This document shows positions 39,930 through 56,437 of a stretch of DNA of 64,000 nucleotides, piece by piece. Under the pieces are notes generated by a model. The model searched no databases. It was not told the origin of the DNA and saw nothing but the letters and a program-made list of their open reading frames with translations. The DNA comes from Eledone cirrhosa (Eukaryota). The position numbers and the translations under genes are program-made. The DNA is taken from the NCBI GenBank assembly GCA_964016885.1, contig OZ024743.1, positions 312,852,001-312,916,000 on the forward strand, given 5' to 3'. The number at the start of each line of letters is the position of its first letter. Position 1 is the stretch's first letter.

Positions 39930-40425
39930 CATTTAGAATACACCACCCAACATCAGATGTAAAAAGATTATACTTACCACAAACACAAGGAAAAAGAGGC
40001 CTTATGCAACTAGAAAACTATTATAAAATAACTACTGTAGGACAACAAAAATATCTACCGAAAAACAAAAGAAAGTTAATACAAATAACCATGAAACATG
40101 AATGAAATAAAAAATTGTTCTGTCTCCAAAAAAGCCAACAAATTCAAAACAGAAGCTGGATCAACAGCTGAGAGGAAAATGAAAATAAAGAAGAAACATC
40201 AAAAGAAATTGTGAAAAGCAAAATATAAATTGAAAACAGATCTCGAGAATGCTATACTAAAACAATGGCAAGAAAAACCCTTACATGGCTAATACCTCGA
40301 AAAGCTGAATAGATAAGAAGTAGACAAGCAAGATTCACAAAAAACTAGCTATGAAGGACAGGACTAAAAGCCAAGCAGAAGGATTTCTAATTGCAGCACA
40401 AGATCAAAGCCTCCCCACCAGAAGT
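39930..40425 (+). mobile_element. R4/Dong-clade fragment (RT thumb region), degenerate
   Basis: HHPTSDVKRLYLPQTQGKRGL..WQEKPLHG..EGFLIAAQDQSLPTR. Confidence 0.8.
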
Positions 40426-41878
40426 CAAACTTAAAAAAGTTGATAAGGGCCTGGTCAAAGAGGAATATATCTATCTTCATCATTTCAACCTCACCCACCA
40501 CACAACCTCTTTCGCTATAACCACAAGACAGAGGAAAACTGTCTGCCTATCTTGAGCAAAAGGAGGAGAAAGGGCGATCTTCACAATGGAGCCGTTTGAT
40601 AGCTGGATACATCCTACATATAACAAGAGCTATTTAACAAAACTTTACAAATCAGTAATACCTGGACACTGGGTAAGTACATACAGAATGGTTTAATCTC
40701 TCTGCACTTATATTGGACTACCCTGTGAAGAGAACTAGAATGAGATGGTTGGGTCATGTGTAAAAGTGTATTAGGGGTGATGAGAGTAAATGTGGAAGTA
40801 AAGAAAAGGGAAGACCAAGACAGACATGGCTAAAGATAATGATAGAGGAAAAGAAAGCCAGGGGTTGTTAATGAGGTACGCAGAAAGTACTGCATGCAAA
40901 ATGGAGAAGCTTGTCATCATGGAGCCAACAAGAAGAATGGCTGCAGAGGTTAGGGCAAAATGAAAAAGCATATTATGGGGATACTGCTTTAGTAGAGAGA
41001 GCAGTCATAAAATGCTTGTTATTGTTTTGTCCTTCAACTCCCCACACCAACTCAATTTGAGCTGACAAGGGCTACTATTTTGAAGATGAAACACAAACAT
41101 GAATATTGTTACAGTTTCAGAGACATGACATTAATATAATAACATAATGAACATTGATTTTTATTATTCATACATTAAAAAAAGAGTATTTTCTAGCTAT
41201 GTGTAATATCTAAATTAATGACAGAAAGAATTTAGTTTCTGACATTCTGATTTCACTTAAATTAGTTTCATTTAAGCTGAACACAAATTGTTACAAAAAC
41301 TACACCAATTTATATATATATATATATATATATTAGTGAAGGCACGTGGCTGAGTGGTTAGAGAATTTGATTTGCAATTGTGAGGTTATGAGTTTGATTA
41401 CTGGACCGGTTGATGCATTATGTCCTAGAGCAAAATTTGCAACCAGTAGATAATATGCTAGTATTAGCAACTGGAAAGACCAATGGAAACATTGTTTCCT
41501 CAGTTTGGGATCTTGTCAATCGACTGTCGATATATATATATGTGTATACACATATATGTATATGTGTATACACACAATATATATATATATAACAACTAGA
41601 AATTGATTAACATATAAATAAACATATGAATAATCACAGGAGATAATTTTTACAAGTGTGTAAGCACAAATAGCTAGGTAGGTAACTAAATAAAGTTAAT
41701 TAGAACTTCAAAAATAGATACCTTATAATATGATTAATCTTCCCTGTATATATTCCATTAAAGAAATATATTTCACCAATTAATCGAATGGTAAACGGCG
41801 GATGCTGGTACTTGGATTTTCTGGCATGACACCCATAATTTTGATTTAGATTAAATTCATTTTGATTTATCTTAATTT

Positions 41879-41915
<37 letters not shown>

Positions 41916-42623
41916 TCATCATCATTCTCCATGCTAGCATATATATATATATACATATATATGCACACACATACACTATATATATAGGCTTGGGCCCCAT
42001 GCTATCAAACTCTCAAAAATCAAACTCAGAAGTATTTCACCTCAACATTACACCAAAGCACATTAAAGCAAAAATAGACCCCATAAAATTCAAAAAGTCT
42101 TTGGACAGGGAGACTTGGGAAGAGTTGATAAAAGCTGACTTTTATCCCTGGTGCTATGCAGTAATACAGAAGACCCATCTCACAATGAGCGCAAGCTGAA
42201 GCACACATACAGTATGCACCCCCTTCCATACACCTCCCACGTGTACAGACTAAAACATACATCTAGTGTGCACGGTTACGGCTGTCCTTGCCGAATATTA
42301 AAAATAAAATTAGAATTTTATTTTTATTTTATTTTTAATATTCAGCAAGGCCAGCTGTAACTCGCTCAGTATGCAAATGAGGCTATTCAGCTGATGTGTA
42401 CTTAAGAAAATACTATATATTTTCAACCGTTCAACACACTGGCAGAGGTATACAGCCTTGATGAAGGGTAATGACCAGGAAACATGTTGATTGCTCCTCA
42501 AAACCAGTGTTGAACAAACAGGTGACGATCGGTAAGTGGCACGGCTTCAAATCGGTCCATTGGTTTACAAACAAATTGAACATTATTATTAATATTCGAT
42601 ATAACCCATACATACATGTGTGT

Positions 42624-42655
<32 letters not shown>

Positions 42656-42755
42656 GTGTATATACATATGTGTGTGTACGTGTGCATACTTACATTTATG
42701 TATCAGCTGTGCAAGGGCAACAAATAAAGTTCTAATTTTATTTTTATATACATAT

Positions 42756-42798
<43 letters not shown>

Positions 42799-43019
42799 TA
42801 TCCATACACACATACATACACACATACATATATATACACACATATATATACACATACATTTATATACACACATACATATATATACATATATACATACATG
42901 TATATAAGCATATATATACAGTATATATATATATACATGTACATAAGCATATATATATAACCTCTCTTATATATATATATATTCACACGTACATACACAC
43001 ACATATATATCATTTCGTT

Positions 43020-43350
43020 TTTGTTTTTTTTAAGTCCGCTTTTTCCCTGCTTGCAAGGGTGGGACGGGAACTGATTCTGGCCTGATTTCTACAGTTGGAT
43101 GCCCTTCCTAACACCAACCTCATTTACAGTGAGTGCTGGGTGCTCTTTTGCCGTGGCACCTCCACGACCACTTTGCAGTGGAATGATAGGGACCCCAGTC
43201 CCTATCATCTCATTTCTACAGCTGAGTAAACTTTAGCAATGTGAAACAAAGTGTCTTGCTCAAGGAAACACACATCACCCGGTCTGAGAATTGAACTCAC
43301 AACCTTTCGATTGCCAGGCCAATGCTCTAACCACTAAGCCATGTGCCTCC
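43020..43350 (-). mobile_element. Same CORE-like/RTE-tail SINE family
   Basis: Near-identical to 7606-7990. Confidence 0.85.
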
Positions 43351-43487
43351 ATTATATATATATGCATATATATTCGTCCCACCCTTGCAAGCAGGGAAAA
43401 GCGGACGTAAAATGATGATGATGATGATACGTAATATATATATGTATGTACATATATATATATACATGCATATATATATATATATAT

Positions 43488-44094
43488 ATGGTGGCTGCCA
43501 ACTCGTTTTCGAGTACGGCCACTACTTTATATCCATGTAGGAGAACTCCTACCGAAGCGCTGAACGAGTGTGACTTTTTAGTCCAGCCAGCGACTTGAAA
43601 ACTCTGGTACAAACACTACACTTGTGACAATTATTGACACATAGTGCTGGGCCCATGGTACCATGTGACGACAAGTGCAGAGAGATTTCCAGATATAAAG
43701 CAATGCCTGCGCCGTAAAGCTTTTATAGTGAGCAAAGGCACTGCACAAAGCCAGTCCCACTTAACCAAGATGATATTTACCAAAAAGAAGAACAAGTCAA
43801 CATCATTGGATACCATCAGGGTTGCAGGTATTATATCAGAGTTTTCCTTCTCCTAGAATTCTGCCTTGACAAAGGCTAAGGGGTCATCTCTCCCGGTGAT
43901 TTTGGATGGCCATTGACTCTTAAGAGCTCCTTTTCCCTTTGACAGATTTTGTTTTTTGTCCTGCAGGATGTCCAAAGTCACCCTCCTCACCAAGAAACCT
44001 TGGTGGGGTTGCCAGTTTAGTCGCCAACGACGCGGCCATGGGACAGATTGTACTGGGACGCATGTTACCAGTAGCACCAACTGGTGACCTGACA
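43488..44094 (-). mobile_element. Internally deleted (bipartite) RTE-derived non-autonomous element
   Basis: The 5' part is GC-rich, UTR-like and has the ctaggagaaggaaaactctg motif I recall from RTE 5' regions. The 3' part encodes CSVCTRVFKSLAGLKSHTR, a C2H2-type finger like RTE/BovB C-termini. Flanked by (TA)n. Confidence 0.55.
44010..44094 (-). ncRNA. Truncated HDV-like ribozyme candidate
   Basis: P2 TGTCAG/CTGGCA, CC-containing L3, GG before P4, P4 TAAC-ATGCG.../...CGCGT-C-GTTG and J4/2 gaCTAA. The 5' strand of P1 is missing. Confidence 0.4.
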
Positions 44095-44103
44095 TATATA
44101 TAT

Positions 44104-44589
44104 ACATGCAGAGCACTAGAAGTTGATGGAAACCGCGGAGTGGGGAGACCCAAGATGACTTGGGATGAGGTGATAAAAGCCGACCTTACCCAACTACACC
44201 TCTCAAAGTCAATGACACACGACCGTGACTTCTGGCGTCACGCAGTAATACAGGGTACCCGACCTCCCATGGGTACATGCTGAAGCATATAAACAATATG
44301 CCCCCCCCCCCCCCACCGCAAGGTGGTCGTGGAGGTGCCACGGCAAAAAAGCACCCAGCCCACACTGTAAAGTGGACGTGTAGGCGCCACGAAAAAGCAC
44401 CCAGCACTCACTGTAAATGAGGTTGGTGTTAGGAAGGGCATCCAGCTGTAGAAATCAAGCCAGATCAGTTCCTGTATGAGCAAGGCATGGTCAGCCGACC
44501 AGACACTGCCCACAACAGGACAACCCGTCTAACCCATGCTAGCGTGGAAGAACGGACGTAAAACGGTGATGATGATGATGATGATGATG
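44104..44589 (+). mobile_element. RTE LINE 3' end fragment (subfamily of the copy at 1-1223)
   Basis: CRALEVDGNRGVGRPKMTWDEVIKADLTQLHLSK followed by the same 3'UTR and (GAT)n tail. Confidence 0.88.
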
Positions 44590-44675
44590 CATACATATAT
44601 ATATATACATAAACATATATATATATACATAAACATAAATATATATATACATAAACATATATATATATATATACA

Positions 44676-46297
44676 TTAACAACGAATATAGTGAAGAGTT
44701 TAGCATAAAAGTTGGTGTTCATCAGGGCTCCGTTCTTAGCCCCTTACTATTTATTATTGCCATTCAGGCTATAACAGAGGAGTTCAAGACCGGCTGCCCA
44801 TGGGAACTCCTATATGCAGATGATCTAACGCTCATAGCTGAATCAATAGCTGAATTAGAGAAGAAATTCCAAACATGGAAGCATGGCCTGGAATCAAAAG
44901 GCCTTAAAGTTAACTTGTCTAAGACTAAAGTTCTAGTTTGTAGGAAGGAAAATAGGGCACTGGTCCCATCTGGGAAATGGCCATGCTCAGTGTGTAGGAA
45001 AGGAGTAGGTAGAAACTCCATTTTATGTCCCAAATGCAAAGTATGGGTGCATAAAAATGTAGTGGGATCACAGGTAAGCTAACTAAGAACATAGATTTTA
45101 TATGTGGCCAGTGCTCTGGTGCAATAAGTAGCAGCAAGTGCCCACAGAATACTAGCTCATTCCATTGCACAGATGGTTCTATAGAAATAGTGGACACCTT
45201 CCGTTACCTGGGTGACAAAATCAGCAGTGGGGAGGGTGCTCTGAAAGTACAGTAGCTAGAATCAGAGCGGGATGGTAAAAGTTCAGAGAGCTTATACCAC
45301 TACTGGCCGCTAAAGGGTTCTCTCTAAAAATGAAAGGCAGGCTGTATGATGCCTACATACGAACAGCAATGTTACATGGCAGTGAGACCTGGGCATTGTG
45401 TGCAGAGGATATACGCAGACTGGAGAGGAACGAAGCTTGCATGCTCCGCTGTATGTGTAATAGTAATATACATGAACGGCAAAGCATAAATGAACTAAGG
45501 GAGAAATTAGGAATAAGAGGGATCAGATCTTGTTTACTCGAGAGAAGACTACGTTGGTACTGTCACTTGATGCGCATGAAAGACAACAGCTGTATAAAAA
45601 AGTGCAGGGCGATAAAAATAGACGGTAGCCACGGAGTAGGCAGACCCAGAAAAACCTGGGACGACTTGATAAATTCCGACCTCACACACTTACACCTCTC
45701 CAAGACAATGTCACTGGGATGAGATCTTTGGCGCTTCACAGTAATACAGAAGACCCGCCTTGCCTAAGTACAAAGCGAAACCTACAGTCAGTAGGCACCT
45801 CTAACAAAAATAGTCCCTGTCCCACTACCCCCACCCCATCCACACCAACCCATTCAATGTGAAGTTATGTTGGTACCACAACATCCAATTCGAAACAAAT
45901 GAGGTCGTGTAGGTGTCACGAATAAAAAACACACAGTCCACGCTGTAATGTGGCCATGTAGGTAACACGGTAAAAAACCTCCCAGTCCACACTGTAAACG
46001 TGGTTGGTGTTAGGAAGGGCATCCAGCCGTAGAAAACCTGCCAGACGTGTAGGTGTCACCACAAAAAAACACACGGTCCACGCTGTAATATGGCTGTGTA
46101 GGTAACACAGTAAAAACCTCCCAGTCCACACTGTAAACGTGGTTGGTGTTAGGAAGGGCATCCAGCCGTAGAAAACCCGCCAGACAATCCTATACAAGCA
46201 GGACAACCAATCTTGCCTCTAGTGGGAAAACTCCCGTTCAAATCCATGCAAGCGTGGCAGATGGATGTTAAACGATGATGATGATGATGATGATGAT
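44676..46297 (+). mobile_element. RTE-clade LINE, 5'-truncated, frameshifted; same subfamily as the 17.3-18.9 kb copy
   Basis: INNEYSEEFSIKVGVHQGSVLSPLLF...LLYADDL with stops and frameshifts; 3'UTR with an internal ~130-bp duplication; (GAT)n tail. Confidence 0.92.
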
Positions 46298-46989
46298 ACA
46301 TACACATATACATACACATATATATACATATACATACATACACATATATATACATATACATTCATATACATACACATATATATACATATACATTCATATA
46401 CAAACATATATGTATGTTTATGTACTATATATGTGTATGAATATATATGTGTATGTATATGTATTTATATATATATATATATGGAAATATACTTATATAT
46501 ATATATAAATACATATATATATGTGTGTGTACGTGTGCATACTTACAATTATGTATCAGCTGTGCAAGGGCAACAAATGAAGTTCTAATTTTATTTTTAT
46601 ATACATATATATATACATATATATATATACATATATATATACATACATATCCATACACACATACATATATATATACATATATACATATATATATATATAC
46701 ACATACATTTATATATACACATATATACATATATACACATATATATATACACATACATTTATATATACACATATATATATATATACATATATACATACAT
46801 ATCTACATACATGTATATAAGCATATATATACAGTATATATATATATATACACATGTACATAAGCATATATATATATATGCATATATATATATATACATA
46901 ATATAGGAACCACTCTACTACCTCAAGTATTGAGTACTTTGGTGCGTTATGGTCCACCTGGTTCCTTACCACATTTCCTTCGTTATACA

Positions 46990-47762
<773 letters not shown>

Positions 47763-47926
47763 TAAAAACAAATAACGAAACGAAATTAAATTTCTTTTAT
47801 CGTCTCCGTTGAACCGGTACTTACTCACACTCTATGCAAATTAGTCTGCCCACTACTAATTTTCATAGAAAAAGCATATAACGATATGTGCTTTTACGAT
47901 TCTCTAGAGAGGCCGGAAGATAGGTA

Positions 47927-47971
47927 AATATTGCTGATGAGTTGTAACAACAACGAAACTAGTTCAATATT
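47927..47971 (+). ncRNA. Minimal type I hammerhead ribozyme
   Basis: Stem I AATATTG/CAATATT, core CTGATGA, stem II GTTGT-aaca-ACAAC, GAAA, palindromic minimal stem III (AACTAGTT), cleavage triplet GUU after 47964. Confidence 0.8.
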
Positions 47972-48159
47972 CCTTGTCTGGCTTTCTGGAGAATAGAGGA
48001 AAGGTGTTTCCTCAAAAACCAGTATGACTCTAAAAACCGGTTTGTCTGTGTGTTTACATACAGAATAGCTGGCCACTCACAGTAAAGTGACTAGTGAAAA
48101 AACTTGGTACATCTACATATGTATACGGGTGTGTATTCATATACATACTAGTATTTCAG

Positions 48160-50255
<2,096 letters not shown>

Positions 50256-50263
50256 GCATCTAT

Positions 50264-50450
50264 CTATCTAAGGCGGGTAAAATTCCCGAGATCCATATGG
50301 ACGAGTTCTCTCCAGCGGTCTCTGTCCCTCATTATCGCTGCCATATCCTGCATCTCCAACAGACCAGTGTCTGTCCTTAGGGCATCAACATATGTTAACC
50401 TTGGTCTTCCTCTTCTAGTGTGTCCATGTAGGGGCTCCCAAAGGAGAACA

Positions 50451-50452
<2 letters not shown>
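50264..50452 (-). mobile_element. C-terminal fragment of a different RTE/RTE-X-like LINE
   Basis: [30 protein letters not shown]...[11 protein letters not shown], a typical RTE-group C-terminus. Confidence 0.8.
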
Positions 50453-50490
<38 letters not shown>

Positions 50491-50554
50491 TATACATATG
50501 TATACATATATATACATATACACATATATGTATGTATGTATATATATATGTGTA

Positions 50555-50597
<43 letters not shown>

Positions 50598-50657
50598 GCA
50601 TATATATATATATACACATTCATATATATATACACATTCATATATATATACACATGC

Positions 50658-50690
<33 letters not shown>

Positions 50691-50839
50691 CACATAAACA
50701 TATATATATATATACACATATACATACACATATATATACACATATACATACACATATATATATACATATACATACATACATACATATATGTGTATATGTA
50801 TATATATGTATATACATGTATATGTGTATATATATATAT

Positions 50840-51523
50840 ACCAAACTTCGCACAAAACATCGTCTCCTCTAACAACAAAAAACTCAACCCTGATGGCAGA
50901 AATAACCTAAATAGCAGTGGAGAACCGACCAGGAGGTGTAACTGCCCGGATAGATCCATTTGCCCACTCGACAATAGATGCAGAGACCGTAATGTGATCT
51001 ACCAGTGCAACGTGAGAACGGATACCTCCAACAAAGCCTATATAGGACTTACCGCATGTGACTTCAAGACCCGGCTATACCAACATAGACATACCTTCCG
51101 AAACCCGGCCCGGCGTCACGCCACTACACTTTCGGGCCACATATGGGACCTCAAGGACAACAACATCACCTATGATCTCACTTGGAGATTACTGTCCAGA
51201 GCCAATTCTTACACGGGAGGACGCCGTCCGTGCAATTTATGCTTGGAGGAAACTTTACAAATGCTGTTTTCGACGGACCAACTCCTAAACAAGAAAGATG
51301 AACTGGTTACTGCATGTAAACATAGATTGCGTAGGACTTACCTCGCCCTCAAACCCCATAATGACCCGGGGGGGGTAGACTAGGGCTATAACATCCCACT
51401 TGCCGATTTTGCAATGGGTAACCCCTGCTTGCCAAGGGAGACGTAAGATCTTCTTTGTATTCTTTTATCGCTTCCTTTATTTCCTTCCCTCCTCTCTCCT
51501 TAGTCCTTCTACCCCAGCTCTTC

Positions 51524-51525
<2 letters not shown>
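50840..51525 (+). mobile_element. Penelope-like element 3' fragment with GIY-YIG endonuclease
   Basis: [64 protein letters not shown], stop at 51383; embedded in (TA)n. Confidence 0.92.
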
Positions 51526-51559
<34 letters not shown>

Positions 51560-51647
51560 GTATATATATGTATATATATATATATATATATATTATGTAT
51601 ATATATATATATATATATTATGTATATATATATATATATATATTATG

Positions 51648-51694
<47 letters not shown>

Positions 51695-51740
51695 ACATAT
51701 ATATATATATATGTATACATATATATATATATAAATATAT

Positions 51741-51804
<64 letters not shown>

Positions 51805-51895
51805 TATGTATATGAATATATACATATACATATATATTCATATACATACATATATGTATGTGTATGTACTATATATATATATGTGTGTATGAATA

Positions 51896-51948
<53 letters not shown>

Positions 51949-51980
51949 GTATATGTATTTATACATATATAATATATATA
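51526..51980. repeat. (TA)n compound microsatellite
   Basis: Direct reading of the sequence. Confidence 0.95.
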
Positions 51981-51986
51981 GAGAGA

Positions 51987-52300
51987 GAGGCACATGGCTT
52001 GTGAGTTCAATTCTCAAAGGTTGTGAGTTCAATTCTCAGACCGGGTGATGTGTTGTTTCCTTGAGCAAGACACTTTATTTCACATTGCTCCAGTTTACTC
52101 AGCTGTAGAAATGAGATGATAGGGACCGGGGTCCCTATCATTCCACTGCTAAGTGGTCGTGGAGGTGCCACGGCAAAAAAGCACCCAGCACTCACTGTAA
52201 ATGAGGTTGGTGTTAGGAAGGGCATCCAGCTGTAGAAATCAAGCCAGAATCAGTTCCCGTCCCACCCTTGCAAGCAGGGAAAATTGGACGTAAAATGAAA
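51987..52300 (+). mobile_element. Same CORE-like/RTE-tail SINE family, head rearranged
   Basis: B-box segment ttgtgagttcaattctca duplicated; the rest matches 43020-43350 in opposite orientation. Confidence 0.85.
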
Positions 52301-54789
52301 TGAAATACATACATATATAAATACATATACGTATATATATAAATACATATACAAACACATATATATACATACACATATATATACTACACATATATATATA
52401 TACATATATATACATACATTTATATATATATAGTGCAGCTATTCTTTAAGAAGCATTCTTCCAGATCTAATTATTAAACATCTCTTTAATAGCATATCAG
52501 CATCAGCTGCAGCAGTAACAGCAGCAGTAACAGCAGCAGTAACAGCAGCAGCAGCAGCAATTATAGCAGTATTGATTGGCACTGTACCATTTTCCAAGCA
52601 CTGTTAGATCTAAACTAGGTGAAATAGGGCCACATGTGAATGTGATCACAATCAACAATGTAGCACTTCGCTACTGCACCTTCATATATATTAGATCAGA
52701 AATATCATCATCATCACCATCATCATTTTACATCCACTTTCCATCCATCCTAGTTTGGATTGAATGTGAAGGTTTTTATTCAAGATTACTCTCTCACATC
52801 ATGCTTGTACGTTCCACATTTTGTCATGGTTTCTATATCTCGATGCCGCCTTTCTCAACACCTAACCATTTAACAGAGTGTACTGGGTGCATATTAATAT
52901 GGCACCAGCACTAGTGAGGTAGTCCTGTTCTCAGCAAGACAGTTGAGTCCTCTCACTGTCTCTGATAAATCACCAACCACTTTATGCTCAGAAAAAAGAA
53001 AAGGCAGAGTCCAGACAAATACCCTTTTGAATATTTACTAAATATAAACCCAATAGAATAAACATCCGTCAGTTTTGATGAGTGTTCCAGTTGTGTGATG
53101 AACGCCTGTTAAATTAACATGTAAGTAGCTGAGCATTCCACAGACACGTGTACCCTTAAGGTAATTCTCAAGGACATTCAGTATAACACACAGTGTGAAA
53201 AGGCTGACCCTTTGAATTACAGATACAATTCAGTCTCTATGAGATTGAGTATTCCACGGATATGTGTACCTTTAATGTAATTCTCAGGGAGATTCAGTTT
53301 GATTAGACTAGACGTTTGAATTACATGTACAGTAAATAACTAGTTATAAATTTCCTTTCTCTGCATTTGCATAAAAAAAGTATATGATATCTACCTAAGT
53401 CTACATATGCAATATATTGAGTGTTACAGGCTTGTTATAAAATTGGCAGAATTATGTCAAAGAAAGAATCTGATAAATGAGATATAATATTAATAAAAAG
53501 GTCAAATGAAATCAGGTGTTATTTCTCAGCTGAGTATTTTCTAGTTTGAGTCCCATGTTTGGTACTGTCATATACTCTGGTCCTGAACATTTCTCCAAGC
53601 CCGTTTTGGGAACTCTAAATTGTGTTGAGGTCATAAAAACCTCCCTAGTGCTAGTACCACAACAAAATGCACCCATTACACTCTGTAATGCAGTTGACAA
53701 TCAAATGGTGATAATGCAGAGTAGAAGGGACACTTTAGTCTTGTTGAGGATATAACAACCTCCTTGGGACTGCTGCTACACTAAAATGCACTCGGTTGGT
53801 GTTAAGAAGTGCATTCTACTATAGAAACTCTGCCAAAATGCTAAATTTTCCATGTAATCTCAACCTGGGACAGTAAAATATCAAAGAATAAAACAGGAAT
53901 ACAAAGAGCTGAAGAAATAAAACTAGAATTTAAATAAAATAAATGATATAAAGAATCTTGGGATTTCCCACATTTGTGAATCAATAAAGTAAAAATAATT
54001 GTAAATTTTTGCATGAACTGTGAGATGTTTGTGAAATAATTGCTCAAGCTGTCAGAATAGCTACTGGTTTGAACTAATAGTATTGCATATATCTATGTTG
54101 CACTATGTTGCAGTATGTTACACTTCATTGACTGAGCAGCCGGGAGTGCATGCAACTTAACTGATGGTTGAACACATTATGGGATGGCTATCGCTCAGTT
54201 GACCAATAGGTTTAAGAACCAATCAAAAAAATAATCAATAGCTAACAAGCCAAAAATCACCACATGCAGAGATTATAAACTGATTTATTTAGACTAGTGT
54301 TAAATGTTAAGTACACTAGCCTTCCTGCTGGATGCCAGTTCAATCCCTATGTTAGTGAATGTATATATATATATATACTTTTAATAGATTGATGGTTAAG
54401 ATCACATGCATAAATCATTTTGATATCAACTCATCTGAAAGCTCTTCTGGTATTGCGATAAAAACCATCCATTTAAAAGTGTTCATATCTAAATTAAAAC
54501 CTTCCATTGCAAATTTATCTAAGAACTTTGTTGTTATGTTCTAAACACCATCTTAATCAGCATTATCAACATCACTATTGTTTTAACATCTAATTTCCTT
54601 GCTAGCAAGGGTTGGATATGTCTTCATAGACCAATGCTGTACTGAAGTGGTGCTACTGACCTCCCAGACAGGCTGAGGGCACACTTTGAACTCTGAGCAT
54701 AGGGAGCTGGAAAAATTAATAGAAAGCATTTTCCCCTACTCTCTCATAACTGTCAATTCACCATCTTATATGAAAGAGAAAACAATAGA

Positions 54790-55457
54790 TTCCAGTAGTG
54801 TATTGGTACTTAATCGACCCCATAAAACTGGAAAGCAGCATTGATCTCAGCAGGATTTGAACTCAGAGCAAAGAGAGCTGGAATAAATAACAGAAAGTAT
54901 TTTGTCTTTTGCTCTTATAACTCTGCCAATTCACTGTTGTAAATCAATAACAAGCAACAGAATCTGAAATACCAACTTAAAAATGCAATGAGGTCATCAG
55001 GTACATCTATTTGATTATTGAGATTTATGAAGAAACAGTGTTCTGATGAAATAACTCACTTTCGTAATAATTGTTTCTACTTTTGACACAAGGCCAGCAT
55101 TACTGGTACTTTAGTTTATCAACTCCATAAGGATGAAAGGCAAAGCTAACTTCGGCAGGATTTGAACTCAGAACTCAAAAGGCTGTAACTCTATGCCGCC
55201 AAGCAGGGTATCCAATGCTCTACTGATACTGCAAATCCACCGCCCTATAATAATAATACTAATAATTGTTTCTGATTTAGGCACAAGGCCAGCAATTTTA
55301 TGGGGAGGGGAAAGTCGAGTAAATCGACCCCAGTGTGTGACTGGTACTTTATTTTATCGACCCTCGTAAGGACGAAAGGCAAAGTTAACCTCAGCAGGAT
55401 TTGAACTCAGGACGTAAAGGGCCATAACTCTATGCTGATACTATCAATCCACTGCCC

Positions 55458-55460
<3 letters not shown>
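54790..55460 (-). mobile_element. Cluster of second-family SINEs
   Basis: Three copies with the same motifs as 6485-7150. Confidence 0.8.
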
Positions 55461-55502
<42 letters not shown>

Positions 55503-55504
<2 letters not shown>

Positions 55505-56395
55505 ACTGTTATAAAATAACCACAATAGAACTACAAAATTATCTAATGAAGCATGAAGGAAAGTTAATAGAAATGGCTACAAAACATGAACGAAAACAAA
55601 AAATTGTTTTCTGGCTTCAAAAAAGCCAACAAATTCAAAACAGAAACCAGATTGACAGATAATTGTTAGGAAAATGAACCCCAAAGGGAAAGAACAACAG
55701 AAATTGTGAAAAACATAAAATCGGAATTGAGATAGACCTCCAGAATGCCATGTTAAAATGATGGCAAGAAAAACTCTTACATGGCCAATACCTGAAAAAT
55801 CTGAATAGAGAGGATATAGACAATCCTAATACTCAAAACTGGCAAGAAGCACTGGAGTAAAAGCCGAGATGGAAGGATTCCTAATTGCAGCATAAGATCA
55901 AAACCTCCAGACAAGAAACCACCAGAAGTACATAATGAAGCAGAACACAGTAAGTAACTGTGGAATATATGAAAGTGGGAAAGAAACAATTAACCACATT
56001 ATCACATAATAGAGTTGAGATTTACATATATAGTGGAAGTTATGCCAACACTATGAAATAGCAACAGAAAAAAAAGGTACAGACAAACACAAGAAAATGT
56101 GTCAGAGAATGACAAAACAACCATACTCTAGATATGCCAATACATACAGACAGTATATCTACCAAGGTAATATATCTACCAAGGTAATGGAGGAATTAAA
56201 AATCTAGAGATAGAAACAACCTGCATGTGGATGATGAAGACAGAAACAATACCTAGGTACTCTGTGAATGATAAAAAAACACAGACAGATACATAACCAA
56301 GACTCCAGGACTTACAAATATATACAACATACAAGAGATAGCACTACTAGGCACTGCATATATATTACAAAGAATTCTCTCAATACAATAGAAAC
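55503..56395 (+). mobile_element. R4/Dong-clade 3' fragment, degenerate
   Basis: Follows (AAT)n; WQEKLLHGQY..EGFLIAA..ETINHII..QEIALLGTAYILQRIL; homologous to the 39.9-kb fragment. Confidence 0.8.
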
Positions 56396-56437
56396 CACAC
56401 CACCAAAGACCATAGAGCTGTACTCAGTAATGCAGTA

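Noticed and set aside
52500-52560. Poly-Gln/Ala coding repeat
   Set aside because: (CAG)n/CAGCAGTAA microsatellite with no exon context.
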